A stretch of 49,598 bases of DNA from a candidate division WWE3 bacterium (GTDB lineage: Bacteria; Patescibacteriota; WWE3; JAUXAW01), in the NCBI GenBank assembly GCA_030619715.1, contig JAUXAW010000004.1, positions 1-49,598 of the forward strand, given 5' to 3'. Below the pieces are notes generated by a model. The model ran no database searches. It worked only from the letters and a program-made list of their open reading frames with translations, and had not been told where the DNA came from. Both the position numbers and the translations under genes were made by a program. Below, piece after piece: positions 46,376 to 49,598 of the stretch (the first letter of the stretch is position 1; every line of letters begins with the position of its first letter).

Positions 46376-47848
46376 ATGCTGAAGCTTTACAACACTTTAA
46401 CCCGCCAAAAAGAAATCTTTGAGCCACTCAAATCAGACTACGTCCGCCAGTATGATTGTGGACCAACGGTCTATTGGTACGCCCACATCGGCAATCTGTG
46501 GCGCTACATGATGTCCGACCTTATCCGTCGGGTTTTGGAGTTCAACGGTTACCAAGTCAAGCAGGTGATGAATATCACCGATGTGGGGCATTTAACCGAT
46601 GAGGATTTGGCGGCGGATACCGGAGAGGACAAGATGGAGGTCGCCGCCCGCCGTGAAAAGAAAACCCCGCAAGAAATTGCCGAATTTTACACCCAGGCAT
46701 TTCTTAAGGATTTAGACGGTCTCAATATTCAGCGTCCGCACGTGATGCCCAAGGCAACTGACCACATCCCCGAAATGATTGCTTTGATTCAGCGGTTAGA
46801 GGAAAAAGGTTATGTCTATCGCGCTGGCAATTACGTTGTCTTTGACATCTCAAAATTTCCCGATTATAGCAAGCTTTCCGGTAAAAATCTCGACGAGCTT
46901 CGGGTCGGTGCTCGTCTGGAGCCGGTCGAGGGGAAGAAAAACCCCTTTGATTTTGCTCTCTGGATCGTTGACCCTCAACATCTGATGCGTTGGGATTCGC
47001 CATGGGGAGTAGGGTATCCCGGTTGGCACATTGAGTGCTCAGCGATGTCGATGAAGTATTTGGGGGAGCAGCTGGACATTCACACCGGCGGGGAAGACAA
47101 CATTTTTCCGCATCACGAAAACGAAATCGCCCAGAGCGAGGCGGCGACCGGCAAGCAGTTTGTTAAGTACTGGCTGCATGCGGGGTTTTTGCAGGTTGAG
47201 GGCAAGAAAATGAGTAAGTCTTTGGAGAATTTGTATCGGTTGGATGATTTGATGGGGCGTGGTTTTGTCCCGTCGGCGTTCCGCTATCTCTGTTTGACCG
47301 CTCACTACCGCACCCCGCTTAATTTTACCTGGGACGGCCTCGAGGCGGCGCAGAATGCTCTTAAAAAGTTGAGGGAGTTTGCGCGGTCGATTTCGGAAAA
47401 CGGTTCAGAACAACTCGGAAAACTCAGTGAGCCAGACGGTCAGAAAGTCGGAAAGTCAGATACTCTGGCGCACCGACGCACCGACGCACCGAGTCGTTCT
47501 GAGTTTTCTGAATACCACCAACGCTTCCGAGAAGCTATTAATGATGACTTAAATACGCCCCAGGCCCTGGCGGTGGTTTGGGATTTGGTCAAATCAGCAC
47601 GTGCGGATACAAGTTTGCGACCTGTAGCCTACAAACTTTTACGAGGTTTTGACAAGGTTCTGGGACTTAAATTGACTGAAGTATGTGCGGAAGCGATTCC
47701 GCAGGTGCCGAAGCAATTAGTTGAGGAGCGCGAGCGTCATCGTCGAGAGGGCCACTTCGACGAAGCCGATCAAATTCGCCAAAAAATCCTCGACCTCGGC
47801 TACACTGTCGAGGATACTTCTGAAGGCCCAAAGATTAAGAAAGCCTAA
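46376..47848 (+). CDS. cysS: Cysteine--tRNA ligase
   Basis: [25 protein letters not shown]. Confidence 0.97.
   Translation: MLKLYNTLTRQKEIFEPLKSDYVRQYDCGPTVYWYAHIGNLWRYMMSDLIRRVLEFNGYQVKQVMNITDVGHLTDEDLAADTGEDKMEVAARREKKTPQEIAEFYTQAFLKDLDGLNIQRPHVMPKATDHIPEMIALIQRLEEKGYVYRAGNYVVFDISKFPDYSKLSGKNLDELRVGARLEPVEGKKNPFDFALWIVDPQHLMRWDSPWGVGYPGWHIECSAMSMKYLGEQLDIHTGGEDNIFPHHENEIAQSEAATGKQFVKYWLHAGFLQVEGKKMSKSLENLYRLDDLMGRGFVPSAFRYLCLTAHYRTPLNFTWDGLEAAQNALKKLREFARSISENGSEQLGKLSEPDGQKVGKSDTLAHRRTDAPSRSEFSEYHQRFREAINDDLNTPQALAVVWDLVKSARADTSLRPVAYKLLRGFDKVLGLKLTEVCAEAIPQVPKQLVEERERHRREGHFDEADQIRQKILDLGYTVEDTSEGPKIKKA
47392..47512. mobile_element. ~121-bp fold-back element in frame in cysS
   Basis: Shares AACTCGGAAAACTCAGTGAG and CACCGAGTCGTTCTGAGTTTTCTGAAT with 18248-18372. 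Confidence 0.75.
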
Positions 47849-47894
47849 AAGTAGTCATGGAACCTTTCGCACGAGTTTGCGAGTAATGTATTGG

Positions 47895-47923
47895 TTGACG
47901 GGGCGGGGAGGTTGTGCTAAGTT
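47895..47923 (+). promoter_or_regulatory. Sigma70 promoter giving a leaderless transcript
   Basis: TTGACG-17-TAAGTT, 6 nt before ATG 47930. Confidence 0.7.
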
Positions 47924-47929
47924 AGAACC

Positions 47930-48184
47930 ATGAGCGAAGAGAAGTCTTGCTGTATTTTAGACTCTTGGTTTTCCAATCGGCGGCGGATGGGGTTGGCGGC
48001 GCTGGTTTGTGTTATTCTGGCTACTCTTTCGATCCTCCTTCACGTTATCATCTCCCCTTTTTTCGGCAAAAATGATTTGGTCTCTGGTATAGCGATGATA
48101 ATGGCCTTCGTTTTTGTCTCCGGCTTCGCCGTCGCCTTAGCCGTCTGGCTGATTCTTTGGTTGGAGAAGAAACTACGGCGTTAG
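47930..48184 (+). CDS. Small two-TM membrane protein
   Basis: Two hydrophobic segments and its own promoter. Confidence 0.7.
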   Translation: MSEEKSCCILDSWFSNRRRMGLAALVCVILATLSILLHVIISPFFGKNDLVSGIAMIMAFVFVSGFAVALAVWLILWLEKKLRR

Positions 48185-48187
48185 ATT

Positions 48188-49123
48188 GTGCTAAAGATTG
48201 TTTGGAGTCCTCAGTATCTCAAGTATGACTTCGGGGAAGGGCATCCGTTTTGGGCACATCGAGGAAAAGCGTTCCTCGATGAGTTAAAGGTTAAAAGTTC
48301 AAAGTTAAAAGTTGATTACGAAATTGTAGAGCCCCCAAAAGCTTCGGACGAAGATATCCTCTTAGTGCACACTCCCGAATACCTAGACCGTGTCAAAAAG
48401 TTGGCTAAAGAGTCCGGTTGGCTAACACTTGATACCCCCGTAAATCCCGGTGTCCTGGAAGCGGCGTACTATTCGGTTGGAGGATCAATTTTAGCCTGCC
48501 GGTCAGCTCTTTCTGGACAGAAAGTGATTAACCTGCTCGGCGGTCTGCATCATGCCGGGACCTCCCACGGCGGTGGGTTCTGCATCTTTTCCGATCACTC
48601 AATCGCCATTCGCAAACTGCAAAAAGAGGGCCAAAACCTGCCTGCCGGCAGGCAGGTCAAGAAAGTGATGATTTACGACCTGGATGTTCACGCCGGCAAC
48701 GGCACCCAGGAAATCTTTTATTCTGATCCTTCCGTTTTTAACATCTCCTTGCACCAAGATCCGCGGACTTTGTACCCCGGAACCGGCTTTGTCGAGCAGA
48801 CCGGAGAAGGGAAGGGGAGAGGGTTTAATCTGAATATTCCGCTGCCGCCGGGGACAAGCGGTCGGGATTATCTCAAAGCTCTAGACCACATTCTGCCGCG
48901 TTACGATGAATTCAAGCCCGATCTTTTAATTTTGATCCTAGGCGTTGACACCTACAAAGGTGACCCGTTGGCGAACTTTGAGCTTGAAGAGGACGACTAC
49001 TACAAAATCGGCCGAAGATTCTCGAAGTTCAAAAAGTTAGCAATCCTCTGCGCCGGCGGCTACTCCAAGGAGACTCCTAGGCTTTGGTTGAGATTTCTGG
49101 AAGGACTGCTTGGTTTGGGCTAA
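48188..49123 (+). CDS. Histone deacetylase/AcuC family protein
   Basis: GGLHHA, GGFC, DLDVHAGNGTQ, GDPL, GGY. Confidence 0.93.
   Translation: MLKIVWSPQYLKYDFGEGHPFWAHRGKAFLDELKVKSSKLKVDYEIVEPPKASDEDILLVHTPEYLDRVKKLAKESGWLTLDTPVNPGVLEAAYYSVGGSILACRSALSGQKVINLLGGLHHAGTSHGGGFCIFSDHSIAIRKLQKEGQNLPAGRQVKKVMIYDLDVHAGNGTQEIFYSDPSVFNISLHQDPRTLYPGTGFVEQTGEGKGRGFNLNIPLPPGTSGRDYLKALDHILPRYDEFKPDLLILILGVDTYKGDPLANFELEEDDYYKIGRRFSKFKKLAILCAGGYSKETPRLWLRFLEGLLGLG
48636..48657. repeat. 22-bp perfect palindrome ACCTGCCTGCCGGCAGGCAGGT
   Basis: Read in frame as NLPAGRQV in the deacetylase. Confidence 0.9.
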
Positions 49124-49307
49124 AATAGGGGTATGAATCTTTCAATAGGGACAGTCGGAACGCAAAGCTGCCTTTTATACTTCAAATAAGACTTCCAAGA
49201 GCCAAAAAGGAGAGAAGTTTATAAAAAGAGATAGGTTTCGATTAATTCCGCGGAGAAAACCTCCAAGCACGCCGCTCTCCGCTAACTTTTGTGGTAAAAT
49301 TGGGTTG

Positions 49308-49598
49308 ATGGCTCAAGCTATGAAATTAGATGCTTTTAGTCCGTTCAAATTTTTAAATCATATTGACAAGTTTATTGAGCTTGCTGAAGGGAAGGATATT
49401 CTTCCCATTATGGTCGAGCTGCATCCGGTTAATTTCTGTAATCATGATTGTATTTGGTGCCTTGATTCACTACATTCTCCTCTAGTTCTTGATAAAAAAT
49501 TCATTTTTAAACTAATTAAAGAGCTTAAGGGCATTGGAGTTAAATCTGTTTTATTAAAAGGAGGAGGGGAGCCGTTGCTGCACCCTGATATAAAAGAG
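49308..49598 (+). CDS. Radical SAM protein (partial)
   Basis: Not in the ORF track. MAQAMKLD...CNHDCIWC...GGGEPLLHP; AT-rich. Confidence 0.88.
   Translation, partial: MAQAMKLDAFSPFKFLNHIDKFIELAEGKDILPIMVELHPVNFCNHDCIWCLDSLHSPLVLDKKFIFKLIKELKGIGVKSVLLKGGGEPLLHPDIKE

Noticed and set aside
49133-49225. 30-codon ORF after the deacetylase
   Set aside because: Too short and without recognisable features, although a TAAAAT box precedes it.

Overview
Mostly housekeeping DNA from a small-genome bacterium (code 11). Gene content suggests Patescibacteria/CPR, probably Microgenomates/WWE3-like (inference). Contents: a truncated giant surface protein missed by the ORF track, leuS, a PaaX-like regulator, comEA with split comEC, sortase, two mreB paralogues (one in mreBCD-mrdA-dprA-topA), a glycogen-type cluster, the tRNA-rpmG-secE-nusG-rplK-rplJL cluster without rplA, a probable 6S RNA, six tRNAs, and rpsB-tsf-frr-rseP-proS through dnaX-recR-cysS. 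The most striking signal is non-genic. (1) The palindrome CACGATCGTG occurs 8 times; it brackets the PaaX/Cas2-like gene and its promoter and sits at gene junctions, suggesting an undescribed regulon or REP-like system. (2) Several families of small palindromic and heptamer-repeat elements lie in frame inside essential proteins, including a ~120-bp fold-back element shared by a GH57 gene and cysS. (3) Also seen: an orphan ~230-nt structured RNA candidate, a tRNA-Pro with a non-canonical elbow, a uS2-alphaCTD fusion, and many near-leaderless promoters. All calls are by eye; no searches were run.
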